Translations under genes and position numbers: made by a program
Notes under the pieces: model-generated
The model's database searches: none
The model's input: the letters and a program-made list of their open reading frames with translations, nothing else
What the model was told of the DNA's origin: nothing
Shown here: piece by piece, positions 24,001-37,099 of the stretch
Layout of the letters: each line of letters opens with the position of its first letter
How positions within the stretch are numbered: position 1 is the stretch's first letter
Source of the DNA: Lama guanicoe
Taxonomy: Eukaryota
DNA: 64,000 bases
Assembly: GCA_013239625.1 (NCBI GenBank)
Contig: MU056050.1
Coordinates: 490,504 to 554,503 of the forward strand
Direction of reading: 5' to 3'

Positions 24001-24944
24001 TTCTCTATTGATGATTTTTGAGCAGAATGGGTTTTATGGATTCTCTGTTGATTTGACCCTGAGTAATTTCTTTTGCCTCAGTGGTGGTAGACAGCATACT
24101 CTAGTTGCAGTGGTTCTAAAAACCCTAACTGTTGCTCAGATACCATCCAATGTGCTGTGGCTAGAACTTTTCTGGATCGTGGCTATAATAGTGATGAAAC
24201 TGGAGTGCTGAAGACATCAAGTGAGTGGTTTCTGAAGCCTCATCCTTTCACATACATTCATCCATTTCAACATGAGTGTAGGCTGTGGGCTGCCCAGCCA
24301 GCCTGGCCCTGCCTGTGGATGCAGGTCCCCAGCTGCTCCACTAATCAGGATCCTTTTAAAAGATCTGGCTACTCAGTTACCCTCTTCTCCGAGGTGGTGA
24401 GATATGGCTGACCTCCCTTGCCAGATGTGCTAGCTGTTTCTCGCAGCGCCCCAGGGAGCCAGCTTTCAGTGGCTCTATTTGCTGTTTCAGAAAGGATTGC
24501 ATATGTCTGTTTTCTGTGCTTTACGTGTTGCTTCTGGCCAACTGCTTGCAGCCGGCTGAGAAAGCCAAACACCGCAAATATTTGTCTGAGGTGGTTGTTA
24601 TTTAGAATCTCTGATGTCAAGGGAAGCAAAATTAATGCTAAAAGCAGGAAGAGTCTCTTGCTGGCCTTGGGAATGCATGTGGCTGTACTTGATTCATCCC
24701 ACATGTTTGGGAACCATCCTGAATTTACTGGAACACTTAACATTTTAAGCTCTTTCTTAGTAGAAGGAGGAGGTTACTGCCCTTTCCATTGGTAGTCAGC
24801 TAGCATGTCTCTGGGCTACGTGGTATGTTGGAAGGAGCACTGGGTTGAGGGTCAGAGCACTGGTTCAATCAGGTATCCACTTGGTGGACTTGGACACCTG
24901 GGTCTCAATGTTCTCGTCTGTAAAATGGTGATGTTGGGCTAGTG

Positions 24945-25126
24945 CAGTGTTTCTCAAATTTTCATATGCATTGGAATCACCCAGAGAGCTTGTTAAATCA
25001 TGGATTGTAGGGTCCATCCCTCAAAGTTTCTGATTCAGAAGGCAGAGCCTGAGAATTTGCACTTCCATAAATACCCAGGTGATGCTGATGTGGCTAGTCT
25101 GGGGACAACACTTTGAAAACCACTGG
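24945..25126. mobile_element. MER5A hAT-Charlie element, next to a MIR fragment at about 24830-24935
   Basis: TIRs cagtgtttctcaaa / tttgaaaaccactg. Confidence 0.85.
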
Positions 25127-25884
25127 ATTGGATGATCAAACTAAGATAATCTCTTTTCTGAAATGCTGGGATTGTGTGACTGGGTAGAACATGGAGCCTG
25201 CTGGGGAATCGCCAGGGGAAATGGAGGGCCAGCTCTGAGGCAGTCTTTTAGCCGGAGTTAGAAGTAGCATCCAGTGTGTAACCCAAGGGGCACAGAAAAT
25301 TAGTTCCTTTCCCAGCCTACCAGGCACCTGAGATCTTTACCATAAGTCTCTTGGTTGGCTTAAGGTGCCTATTAGAATGCAAATATGCTACCTGAGAAGA
25401 GAAGGTATATACTATCATCAGTCATTAGTTTCCTGAATCCACTCCCATTACTCAGCAGGTCCTGGAGGACTAGGATATAGGAAGACAAGTTTTGAATAGG
25501 TAACACTAGGGCTATAGCAAGGCTTGCTTCTTGGAGAAGGTCAGCCTAGATAAGGTATCATAGTGGGGGCTCTGACTAGCATGAGGACAATGGCGCTGAA
25601 TGCTGATAAAAAACCAACCTTTTTAAACCTGGTAATCTTTGAAGCAGTGTATATTAGGAGAATACAAATGCTGATAGGTATTGGCAAAGGACACTAACAC
25701 TTACTACATAGCATGCAAAGTTCTGGGAGAGAAGAAAACACAGGGGCCACGGGAGTGACCATGGGAACTACAGAGTGCGGGGACTTTACTGCCCTGTCTG
25801 GCAATGGAAGACAGGGACTACCCAAGACTATTTCAGAGTTAAAGTTTGTCATCAGTGCTTTCTTTATCTACCTTTTTTTATTAA

Positions 25885-26085
25885 TTGGAAACTCACTATG
25901 TGGCAGATATTGTGCTACACGAGATGCTTCATGTGCCATTGCATCAAATATTCACTAAAAGTATACAAAGTATTACTGACTTTTACATATGAGGAAACAG
26001 ATTCAGAGAGGTCAAGTGGCTTGCTCATGGTCACACAGCTTATAACTAGCAGAATTGAGATTAAAACCTCTGCCTACCTAATACC
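25885..26085 (-). mobile_element. MIR SINE
   Basis: ttttacatatgaggaaacagattcagagaggtcaagtggcttgctcatggtcacacagct. Confidence 0.8.
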
Positions 26086-26590
26086 AAAGATAGTACCTAA
26101 AAAATCAACTTTATTTTATAATAATTTACATACAATAAACTGCACCCATCGAAAGAGTTTTGATATATGAATATACTTGTGAAACCAACACCATGATCAT
26201 GATATGGAACATATCCATCACCTCCAAATTTCCTCCTTCCCTTTCGCTTTCAAATCCCTGCCCCCTGCCCAGCCTCAGGCAGCCACTGAACTCCTTTCTG
26301 TTGCTCAGATTAGTTTGCATTTCCTAGAACTTTATATAAATGGAATCATACATTATGTAGTCATGTTTTGCCTGTCTTTCTTCACACAGCAGTTTGAGAT
26401 TTATCCATACTGTTGCATGGATCAGTAGTTCATTCCTTTTTATTGCTGAGTAGTATTTCATTGTCAGGGTATATTACATTTTTAATTCATTCACTTGTTG
26501 ATGGACCTTTCTTCAGTTTTTGGTTGTCATGAATAAAGCTCTGTATTTGTGTACAAGTTTTTGTGCAGACATGTATTTTCATTCTCGTAG

Positions 26591-27850
26591 AGAAGTGACT
26601 TTTGGTTTCAGCTCTGACACATAAAGAGACTGGAAGTCATCACTCATCCTTACAACAAGGAAAAATAAGACAAACTGAAAATTAGTGACTTTTCTTGGCC
26701 CCTTCAGAGAACTGAGGTCAGATGGCAAACTGCCACCCCCAAATCTGCAGAGACAGGTACATAGAGAGAAATATAGCATTTGAGATTTGCTGATATGGAG
26801 CAAAAGTCACTGAACTCCATAAGTGGTAGGACCACTTACTTGGCTAGTAATTTTGACAGATTGCTAGAGGCCCTACCCTCATTCCAGTCATCTCCAGGAT
26901 TCCTGTCACACTTAAAAAAAAAAAGACAAACAAAACCAGAAACAAAGTAGTCAAGAGTGGGCAGGGTTTTAAGGAAGTAGATTGGGGGTGCTGCAGGTAG
27001 GGAAGGGAGTAGGGGACAGAGTGGAAAGAAAGCTATGCCCCTGGGAGAGGGACAGAAATGCTTGTGAAGGCTGCATCCTAGAGATGCAGACCCACTAAAA
27101 GACTGAGACTCGATCAGGAGATTATAGAATGCTCCCCTCCCTGACAAATTCCACTACACCAACCAGCCTCCAGTATATTAACAGTGGGTTATAGCTGGAA
27201 GAGCTGTGAGACACAGACATTCTCTAGGAAGGCATTTATGGGGAAGACCAAGGTCAAGAAAAGACAAAAACAAGGACACTAGAGGAATTTGAAGTCCCTA
27301 GTACTTAGTTACAACACACATTAAACACAGCTCAATTCCTAGCCATAGTAACATAAATACACTGACAATCTATTTACTTTAGTTTCTATTGACACAACGT
27401 GTCTGGTGTTCAACAAAAAATTACGAGGTATGCTGAAAGGCAAGAAAAAAGGTCTGAAGAGACAAAGCAACCATCAGAATCAGACTCAGCTATGACACAG
27501 GTCACAGGTATTAGCATCATCAGACAGAGACGTTAAAATAACTATGATTGATATGTGAAGGGTTCTGTTAGAAAAAGGAGACAGCTTGCAGGAACAGATG
27601 GGTAATATAAGCAGAGAGAGAAAGATTATATGTCAAAAGGAAATGCTAGAAATAAAAAACAGTAACAAGTAAAGAATGCTTTCAATGTGCTTATAGGCAA
27701 AGTCAACACAGCTGAGGAAAGAATCAGTGACTGAAGATAAGTCAATAGAAACTTACCAAACTGAAATGCAAAGAAAAAATTACTACTACTACTACTACTA
27801 CTAAAACAGAACATTCAGGAACTATGGTGCAATATCAAAAGGTGTAACAT
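26591..27850 (+). mobile_element. Old L1M 5'UTR plus decayed ORF1 N-terminal part
   Basis: gcaaccatcagaatcagactcagctatgacacag; cacagctgaggaaagaatcagtga; caggaactatggtgcaatatcaaaaggtgtaacat (QELWCNIKRCN). Confidence 0.75.
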
Positions 27851-27868
27851 TTCTCTTAGGTAAGTACC

Positions 27869-28411
27869 TGTGGTCGGCATAATTCTAAGATGGCCCTCAA
27901 GATCCCTGCTCTGTGGTCTACATGTCCTGTATAATTCCTTCCATTGAATGTGGGTGGGACCTATGAATATGATGGGAAGTCACTCCTATGATTAGATCGC
28001 ATTAAGTGGCAAAAGTGTAGGGATTTTTCAGATGTAATTAAGGTCTCTGACTTTCAGTTAACCTACTGGAGCTTATCTTGGGTGGGCCTGACCTAATCAG
28101 GAGACCCTTAAAACAGATTCTATAATAGAGAGGCATTCTTCAGCTGGCTTGGAAGAAGCCATGAGTTATGCAACTGCAAAGACATGAATTCTGTAGACAA
28201 CTGTATAACCTTGGAAGAGGACCCCAAACCTCAGATGAGACTGCAACCCTGGTTGACACCTTGATTGCAGCCCTGTGAGACCCCGAAGAGAGGATCCAGT
28301 TAAGCCACGTCCAGACTCCTGAACCATGAGAAATGTGAGATTATAAATGTGTGTTGTTTTTGGCCAGTCAGTTTGTAGAAATTTATTATGTAGGACAGGG
28401 AGATTAAATCA
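27869..28411 (+). mobile_element. MLT1D/E-type MaLR LTR
   Basis: tgtggtcggcataattctaagatggccctcaag...; 5-bp TSD gtacc (27864-27868, 28412-28416). Confidence 0.88.
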
Positions 28412-29419
28412 GTACCTATGGATGAAATTCTGGGGTCATAAGATAATTGTATACTTAATTGTAAGAAACTGCCAAACACTTTTCCAAAGAGGTTATATCT
28501 TTTTTCACATTTCTACCAGCAATGCATGAGAGTTTCATTTGCCAACATTTGGTGTTGTCAGGCTAATTTTAGCCATTCTAGTGGGTATGGAGTGATCTCG
28601 TTATGGTTTTAATCTGCATTTCTTTGTTGAGAATTCTTTCATGCACTTCTTTTGTAAAGCATATATTTTGCCCATGTCTTAATTGAATTTTTCTTACTCT
28701 TTTAATACTCTGGACAAACATCCTCTGTTAGATTTATATATTGCAAAAGCAAATATTTCCCCTCATTCTGTGGCTTGAGTTTTCATTTTCTTAATGGGGT
28801 CCTGAACCACATGAGAGTAAGTTATATATATATCATCATGACCATGGCCTCTTAACACTTCAGTAGATACTTCCTAAGAATAAGGAGATTCTCTTACATT
28901 AACCGCAGTAAAATGATCAACTTCAGTAAAAATTAGCACAGATACAATATTTTATCTAATCTACTGACTCTATGCCAATTTTCCCAGTTGATTAAACAGT
29001 GTTCTTCATAGTATTATTTGTCCCTCCAGTACAGGAGCCAATCTAGAGTCAGGTATTGCTCTTTATTGTCATGTGTCTTCAGCTTTTTTCAATCTGGAAT
29101 ATTTCCAAAGTTTTGGTCTTTTATGACATTGACATTTTTTGAAGAAGAAAGTCCTTTTCAAAAAATAGAACATTCCTCATTTTGGGTTTGTCTGATGTTT
29201 CCTCATGGTTAGTTTCAGGTTATGCGTCCTTAGCTGGAAAGCCACCTAAGCGATGCTGGGTCCTTCTCAGGGCATCACAGAAGCACGTGATAGCCATCTG
29301 CTCTTCGTTGATAGTGCTAATCCTGATCACCTTGTCCAGGTGTTGTCCAGCTTCTCTACTGTATGCTTACTATTATGTACCTTGCAAATAATACAGAATC
29401 CATGGGAATAGTTTTCGAT

Positions 29420-29640
29420 GCACAGAGCATGGCGTGTACAAAGCCCTGAATCAGGAATATATGCCTGGCATGTTGGCAGAACAACATGGAAGCTGTGTGG
29501 CTGAAGCAGAGTGAATGAGGCTGAGGCCGGTGGGAGGAGAGGTCAGAGAGGTAGGAGGTAGCAGACTATGAAGGCTTTAGAGGCCATTGTAAAGAATTTG
29601 GCTTTATACTGAACAAAATGGGAAGCGACTGAAGTTTGTG
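29420..29640 (-). mobile_element. L2 fragment
   Basis: gtgtggctgaagcagagtgaatgagg...aggccattgtaaagaatttggctttatactga. Confidence 0.7.
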
Positions 29641-30354
29641 AAGGAGCTGCCTGTCATTTTTCATTTTGGTTATTGTTATTATTATTTTTTAAAGGCCCCA
29701 AGTTTGGAGGGCCTGGGTTTCAGTGAAGCAACCGATTCCCAGAATTGCGCAGCAAGTGGAAACTTCAGTTAAGGGACAAGGCAGAAGCCGAAAGAAGTGC
29801 TGTGGGCCAAGTTCTTAGGTGGACCAACAGGATGTGGTGGTGAACCCCTAATCACTAGAGGCCCTTTTGGACTTCCTGCTACTGGTCTGCATGAGAGTTA
29901 GTGCCCAAGTGGGGCTTAGCCTGCTGATGGGGGCAAACGACCCATTTGGGAGGGGAGGGGAGCAGGGGGGCGCTGCAGGGTCCCAGAACCAGGCAGGTCC
30001 AATCCCTAGCAGCTGACTCTGTTTTCCAAGGTGAGAACTCAATAAATTTGACTAACAAATCCATCCTCATGGTAGAAGTCCAGCCGCCTTCTCTCTCACG
30101 CCAGGTATCCATTCCCACTTTCCACTCCGTCCCTCAATTGCCAAACGTGTAATAAGTACTACTTGTACTTACAGATGACACCTACCATGGAAAGAGCTCC
30201 TTGGAGGCAATGACTTGCTTTTGTTAGTTAACCTTAAGAAGTGATTTAATGATCCGAATTCCAGGATCAGTTAAGAACTAGCCAGGGCCATATTTTTGGG
30301 TGGAGTAAGGGGTGAGAGGGGTGAAGAGGATGAGGAGTTTTCAGTAGATAGAGT

Positions 30355-30620
30355 TGAAGGTGGACATTAAGATTATGGGCTCTGGAGTTAGATTGTGTTC
30401 AAATCCCACCTCTGCTGTTACTAGCTGTGTGATCTTGGGCAAGTCACTTACCCATTTTGTTCCTGTATTTGTTCATCTGTAAAATGAGGCTAATAATAGT
30501 ACCTACCTTATAAGTTTTTTGTGGGGATTAAATGGATTAATATATGTAATGCACATAGAACAGAGCCTGACATAGTTATTAGTCATTAAGTATTAGCTAT
30601 TAGTGTTATTATTATTATTA
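30355..30620 (+). mobile_element. Near full-length MIR
   Basis: gggctctggagttagatt...ctagctgtgtgatcttgggcaagtcacttacc...catctgtaaaatgagg...tattattatta. Confidence 0.88.
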
Positions 30621-31290
30621 GTGCCCATCTTTGAAGGAATGGTCCAGATGAAAGGGATCTCTAGATATTCCTTGCCCCTCATTTTCTTCCATTACGCTGA
30701 ATTCAGATTTTTGAACCTTGAATGAAAGCAATAAAAATCACTCTTCCTTTTCATGCCTTTGCGGTAAGGTTAGACTGTTTTAAGAGACAAACAGAAATGA
30801 TAAAACAAAGAAATCAGAACTAGTATGGAATGCATATTTGTTATGTTATAATTATAATAATTATTCTTTGTATTTAGAGTAATTTATAGAATACAGGTAC
30901 TCATATTCATAATTTGATTTAATATTCAAAAAATCCTGTGACTTGGGCAAGACAGAGATAATTAGCCCTATTTGACAGAAGGAAAAACTGAGGCCCAGTA
31001 AGACTGTACCTTGCAGTGTCCCTGCTCTAAATAGAGCAGACAGAATAAGAACTTGTACCTTTCAGTTCCAAGCCAGTGCTCTTTCTACTGTATAAGGCAA
31101 TATCTAGCAAAAATCAATTTGGGCTCCTTTCTGTTGTCAAAGTTCTATTCCAGAGTCCTGTTCAGGACACTTGACTCCAATACCTTCCTTTGTATGTCCT
31201 TCTATTCCAAGTAAAAGGCTAGGCTGGATAATCCTGAGATGCTTTTTAAGGCTAGGGGAACAAGACAGTTAAAATGGTCATCCTGGGTTG

Positions 31291-31354
31291 TAAACTGACT
31301 ATATAGTTCAAAAAAATTGTAAACTGACTATACTTTAATTTAAAAAAAAGAAGA
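31291..31354 (+). mobile_element. Doubled L1 3' terminus within one TSD
   Basis: Two copies of (ttg)taaactgactata, each followed by an A-run; TSD gtcatcctgggttg (31277-31290, 31355-31368). Confidence 0.75.
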
Positions 31355-31979
31355 GTCATCCTGGGTTGAAGAAAGCATCAGTTCTGCATTCCAGGGCCAG
31401 TGTGAGTCTTAGGTACCCAGTACCCTCTTGGCCAAGTAAGTCCTTAGGAGTTATTGTGTATCAGGTTCAACTGTACTAGAAGGACGGCCATCTCCTCTGT
31501 CTATCCTTTGGAAGAGTCCTGGGGCCGAAACACTGGCGGACTAGACTGGCAGGTCCCTCAGTTTCAAGCTGTGTAGAGCAGCTGGGGCCATTAAGGGTGT
31601 GCAGGGCTCAGGGAACCTTGCCAAGGATGCAAACAAAAGAGATGGCAGTGAAAGCATCCTTTGTAAATTACATCAGCTACAGATCCTTGGGTGAGTTCAA
31701 AGGGGAAAATAAAAGCTCCCTCAGTCTACTCAGATGCAGTAATTTCACTTCTCAGAACAATCACAATGCATTTGTACCTCTCTGTATCTCAGTAATGAGG
31801 AACTAAACTTGGCATCCCCAAAGCCCCAAAGACCTTCATGCTCTTGGAGCCAAATCCAAAGCCAACCTAAGGAAGGCCTTCTGCCCTCAGGCTACCTTTC
31901 CAGGACTGGGTAACGATGTAAGAAGATACACTTTATTTTTTTGTTTAACTTGCTATAATGGAAAATTTCAAACATATAC

Positions 31980-32432
31980 TGTAGCAGATGATGCTTCCAT
32001 AGCATCCTGTTGGTCCACTCTGATTTTAGCTACAGCTCCAATGGACACTTCCATGCAAGCTCAGACTCAACTCACAGTGACAGTGTCCTACCTTTAATGT
32101 GTTCCTCTTGTCTTTTTATCTTCTGCCTCAGGACCTTTTCCTATCCTGTGGGTAACCCACAACCAGTGAGGATGGATGAATGTATTCTTCTCCCATACTT
32201 TAGGCAGTCAATGTTGGGATGCATTCGGTATGCATCTTAGGTTGTCCTGGCAGATTTGAGCCCTCACTGTCCACAGTGGTGACCTCAATAAGATTCTTAC
32301 ATTGGATTTTCTACCTTTTCTATTTTAGTCTTCTAACTCCCTTAATCCTGCTCCCTGGAATTGACCCCAAATAAACTACCAGCACCCATGTCTTTGTCTC
32401 AGACTCTCCTTTTAAGGGGCTGAAATTAAGAA
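31980..32432 (+). mobile_element. LTR16-like ERVL LTR inside an old minus-strand L1 3' end (about 31932-32580)
   Basis: tgtagcagatg...ccaaataaactaccagcaccc...gtctcagactctcc; the L1 resumes as aaaagtagttagaattgtaccatgaatcctcatgtacccatcacccagc. Confidence 0.7.
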
Positions 32433-32854
32433 ATATGCAAAAGTAGTTAGAATTGTACCATGAATCCTCATGTACCCATCACCCAGCTCAACAATGATCA
32501 ACTCAGGGTCAATCTTTATCTATACCTCACCTAGCTCACACCCCCAGGTTATTTTGAAGCAGATCCAAGATACCATATAAAGATGCACTTTAAGCTGCTT
32601 TGAACCCCCTTTCCACTCTGGGGGTGAATTTTAGAGGCCGAGATATTCAGATTAAGTCACAGTCTTGCACTTGTCATTTAGTTTGCAAATGTCACTATAC
32701 CCAGATTTTATTCTTAATATAGAGTAATCATACCTATCTCCTAGCTAAAGATTTTGGAAACATTAACTTTGTCCAGTTTCTCCCCTATTCAGTGATTCTT
32801 GTGGCCCTCCCACTACACACAGGTTAAAGCCTAAATACCTCAGCCCGGAGATAT

Positions 32855-33045
32855 TCTGGTGTAGCAGAACACTGAACTAGGGGCCAGAATGTCTCAGTTT
32901 CTAATTAGCAGTGTGTCCTTAAGCTAGTTACTTGATGGATCAGAGAATCCACTTCCTCATCTGTCTGCCCTGCCAACTTTATAGGGTTGTTGGAAGATCA
33001 AATGAGGTCAGTATTTGAAGGCCGATTAAACTGTAGGGCACTCTA
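32855..33045 (+). mobile_element. MIR SINE
   Basis: gtagcagaacactgaactagg...cttcctcatctgt...agggttgttggaagatcaaatgag. Confidence 0.65.
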
Positions 33046-33643
33046 ATAAATGGAAAGATCCTTCTTCAAGGCCCTCCATAGTTTGGCCCTACTCTCCCTT
33101 TCCAGTCTTGCTTTCCAGTGTACTCCAATAGAAACTTTCTGCCTCATACCTGCTGGAGCATTCATTTGTTCATTCAACAAACATTTATTGAGTGCCCTGA
33201 CACTGAATTTATGGGTATGAATTAGAACAGTTCCTGATTTACAGGAGTATACTGGCTGGGAAGGGAGGCAGACAAGTAAGCAATGACAAAAGAGTGTGTT
33301 AGTACACAATCAGAGAGGTACGCTGAATGTGCTGCTGAGCACAGCTAGCTCAAGGAAGCTGAGCTGGGGAACGGATCCAGGAAGGCTTCCTGGAGGAGAT
33401 GCTAGCTGAGCTAAGAATCAAAGGAAAGTAGTTCACCAGGAAGGTTAGGGAGGAAAGACATTGCGAGCAGAGGAAACAGAATGGTCAGAGGCACAGAAGT
33501 GTGAAACAACTCGATGTATCCAGGGGAACTACACCTGCTTTGGCAGAGCTGGAGCATGGGGCAAGAGGGATTGGACTGGGGTGGAATGTGTCCAGTGATG
33601 TAACTAGAAAAGTAAGCAAGGGTCAAATTAGAGGGGCCCTTCT

Positions 33644-33951
33644 CACAAATGAACTCATTTACAAAACAGAACAGACTCAGATATAGAAAACACTTATGGT
33701 TACGAAAGGGGAAAGGGGCAGGGGAGGGATAAATTGGGAGTTTGGGATTAGCAGATACAAACTACTATATACAAAATAGGTAACCATCAATGTCCTACTG
33801 TATAGCACAGGGAACTATATTCAATAGCTTATAATAACCTATAATGAAAAAGAATAAGAAAAATAATATATATGTATGTATAACTGAATCACTATGCTGT
33901 ACACCAGAAGCTAACACAACATTGTAAATCAACTACACTTCAATTAATAAA
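33644..33951 (+). mobile_element. L1 3' end, older cetartiodactyl family
   Basis: acaaatgaactcatttacaaaacaga...ctgtatagcacagggaactatattcaat...acattgtaaatcaactacacttcaat; diverged TSD aga(g/a)g(g/a)g(c/t)ccttct. Confidence 0.9.
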
Positions 33952-34228
33952 AGAAGAGTCCTTCTTGTCAAGGACTTTACCCAGAAGGCAATTGGGAACC
34001 TTTGGAAGGGTTTAAGGGTTTAACCCTTAGTATATCATCTGGGTCTATTGACTCCTATTTTATTTCTTTTAAGTGTCTATTTTGAACAGTTCTAACTAGT
34101 TGTAAGGATTATTTTTTAAATGAACAGAATACAATTTATTCTGTCTTGCAATTACCATGTGAGTCCATTGAACCCTTTTATAAAGTCAAGATACATTATG
34201 GTATCTTACTGATCTTACTTTTCTTTTA

Positions 34229-34725
34229 CAGATGGTCCCCAACTTATGATATTTCAATTTATGATGGTTTGACTTCACGATGGTTGGAAAGCAATATGCA
34301 TTCAGTATAAACTGTACTTGAAATTTGATCTTTTCCCAAGTAAGCGCTATGTGGTAGATACTCTCTTATGATGCTGGGCAGCACGGCAAGCCGCAGCTCC
34401 CGGTCAGCCACGTGATCATGAAGGTAAACAACTGATAAACTTACAATCCTCCTGGAACCATACAACCAGTCTGTTTTTCACTTTCAGTATAGTATTCAAT
34501 CAATTACATGAGCTATTCCACACTTTTTAATAAAATAGGCTTTGTGTTACATGATTTTGCCCAACTGTAGGCTAATGGAAGTGTTCTGAGCATGTTTAAG
34601 GCAGGCTAGGCTAAACTATGGTGTTTTGTAGGTTAGGTGTATTGAATGCATTTTTGACTTACAATATTTTCAACTTACGATGGGTTTATTGGGATATAAC
34701 CTCATCATAAGTTGAGGAAGATCTG
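34229..34725 (-). mobile_element. MER47-type (Tigger) element nested in Looper
   Basis: TIRs cagatggtccccaacttatgat / atcataagttgaggaagatctg with TA flanks; internal ttttgcccaactgtaggctaatg. Confidence 0.88.
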
Positions 34726-35035
34726 TATCTTGAAACATGCTATTTCAATGTCCCAGGAATTATTTCATTATTATCCATCAATTATTCTTGACTATGGTTT
34801 TAAAAAAAACTATAAAATAATAATAAAATAAAAAAATCTTGGAATAGCCCAGAAGGATAATGCAATTCTGGAATAAATCGTTGCCATTACAGCACTTTCA
34901 GTTTTTTTTTTATTGTATATAAAGTTGTATATCATCCTTCAAAAATGTATAAAGAAGTCTAGAAACACATCTTTGTACATTTTTAAAGACTTTTATAAAA
35001 CACAGTTGAAAATTCAGAATTATTAATCTTCTACT

Positions 35036-35848
35036 AAGAGAAGAAAATTGACAGAGGATGATGTTTCCCAATTATTAGATAACTCAGAGGTGAATCCAAA
35101 GAGACAGCAGCACCCTAGGCTGATGGTGATAACAAAATTGATCATATAAGTGAAATCTCAGACTGTGAGTCCACAGATGTCAATATCCTGGATATCCTAG
35201 ATACAGTTTTTCAAACTCAAGCATCTATGAGGGAACAGTGTATTTCCCAGGATGAAAAGGAAACATGGTATTCTTATCCAGCTAGTCATTCGTGGGAAGG
35301 ACTTCAACAGACAATATTTTGTGACATGAATCTGGACTATCTTGTTTTGCTAAAAGGACATGTGACACTATTCCTTTATATTTTATAATATTTATGCATG
35401 AAAATTTACTTGATATAGTTCATAAGTGGAAACATGCTGAAAGCAGACCTATATCCAAAGGTGAATGGATGGAAAAAGATGATGTAGAAATGAAAAATAA
35501 AACATCATTGAATTGGCCTTTCTAATTGGTGTTTAGAATTCTAAAAATGAAAATGGTTTTCAGTTATGGAGCAAAGAAGATGGCCATCATCTCTTCAGCA
35601 AAATTATGAGCCATCAAAATTTTCAGAAGTATTACATTTTGACATTTTAAGTGTATGAAGAAGAACTGGAAGCAATGACAAACCAGAACTGATTAGAGGT
35701 GCATTTGAAATCTGGAATCAGTATTTACAAGATGATATGTTCCCCGTCTGTGCATGACAGCTGTAGAGCAATTAGTTTCATTCAAAGGATGTGCCCATTT
35801 GGGGTAGATATACCTTCAAAACCAGGAAAATATGGAATAAAAATTTGA
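35036..35848 (+). pseudogene. Decayed piggyBac transposase, N-terminal half
   Basis: Hand translation gives frameshifted blocks KRRKLTEDDVSQLLDNSE, QLWSKEDGHHLFSKIMSHQNFQK, DKPELIRGAFEIWNQYLQD, CMTAVEQLVSFKG and CPFGVDIPSKPGKYGIKI*. Confidence 0.85.
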
Positions 35849-37099
35849 TTTACTTGCTTAAATTTGTATTAAACTTTCTAATCAAATTGTTTTTCATTAC
35901 CCCTTTATCCCTACTTCTGTTAATTATTTATAAAATGACTTAAAATATCAGACTATAAAAAGGTCCATTGGATCCAATTGGTAAGTGGTATTTTTCCTGG
36001 CATTTTGAGAATTAAGCAGGAGAATAATCTGGTTTCAAAGTTAGTAAATGACATGCAAGGGGTTTAATTCAGATTCACCAGTGTCCAGTTTCTATGTTAT
36101 GATATCTTTGAGCAATCCTGAATTGCTTACAGTCCCTGTGAACTGGGCAGGTATAACAGCGCTATCTGAATGGCTGAGTTGGTCCTAAGACTTGCATTTG
36201 GGAGCTGAGGATGGCTGCTACTTCCCAATACGTTTATGTAACTGTGTTGGGTGCCTGTGGTTCATCTTATCTCCCAATATGGATGTTAGTCCCTCAAGAG
36301 CATGGACAATAGTGTCAATTTCTTTTGAATTTCCCTTTGTCTCTAGCATGTGCCGATATATCCAAAATCTTTCCTGAATGGACAACGAAAAAACTAAGCA
36401 GAAAACAAAATCAAGTGCCTCCTTGTGACAGTGGGTAGAGGTTGGTTCAGCCAACATTCATTGAGCCCCAGCTCTGTGCCTGGCCCTGTGCTCAAGACTG
36501 GGGATGTGCTACTTGTTCCTGTCCTCAAAGAGCTCTTGATTTAGCAAATCAGATAACCCAGGGAGAGCAATGGAAATACATGCCCCCTTGCTGTTTGTGG
36601 CATTGACATACACGTGGGCTGGAAATCTCACAGCACTGAGTTCTCTTATGCCATGTGCTTTTACATAGCAGGCCTTCAGTTCAGGGTTTGAGGCTAACTA
36701 TGTACTCAGTTTCCTACCATTTCCAGTTTCAGAGTTTCTTCTTTGACTCCCATTTCTGGTCTTTTGGCTCTGTCTCCTGACTACTGATGATCTCTTATGG
36801 CATGTTCACTTTCGAAGGTGTAAATATTGCCAAGGATCTCCTAATTAACAAGGACCTTGGACTCATCCACATATCCTTGACCTAATATGTGACCAGAAAA
36901 CAAAGCAGCCTGTTATCTGCGTAGAGATTTGAACGAATGCATGAATGAATGGATGGAGAGGCAATATTTCTAGGGATCTAGTCCATCTCTAGCTCAGCAA
37001 TTTATTAAGATTTGGGTCCAAAGGCTCTAAGCCATGTAATAATATCCATCCGTTGAAACTTAGGCAAGCTATTAAAGATTCGGCTCTGCTTTGCTTCAG

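Larger units (their letters stand above)
26105..29410 (-). mobile_element. Old L1 (L1MB/ME-type) 3' region, interrupted at least twice
   Basis: cagtagttcattcctttttattgctgagtagtatttc; resumes at 28412 (gaaactgccaaacacttttccaaagagg); the 28.8-29.4 kb part may be a separate old L1. Confidence 0.75.
34024..36011 (+). mobile_element. piggyBac-superfamily DNA transposon fossil (Looper-like)
   Basis: TTAA at 34020-34023 and 36012-36015; left end begins ccct; internal transposase remnants. Confidence 0.85.
33160..36035 (-). mobile_element. L2 3' region that hosts an L1 and the Looper element
   Basis: Tail ttcatttgttcattcaacaaacatttattgagtgcc; continues to ...ggaagggtttaa and resumes after 36015 as gcaggagaataatctgg. 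Confidence 0.75.

Noticed and set aside
29948..29980. agcaggggggcgctg as a CTCF site
   Set aside because: The 5' half of the core (CCAS) does not match
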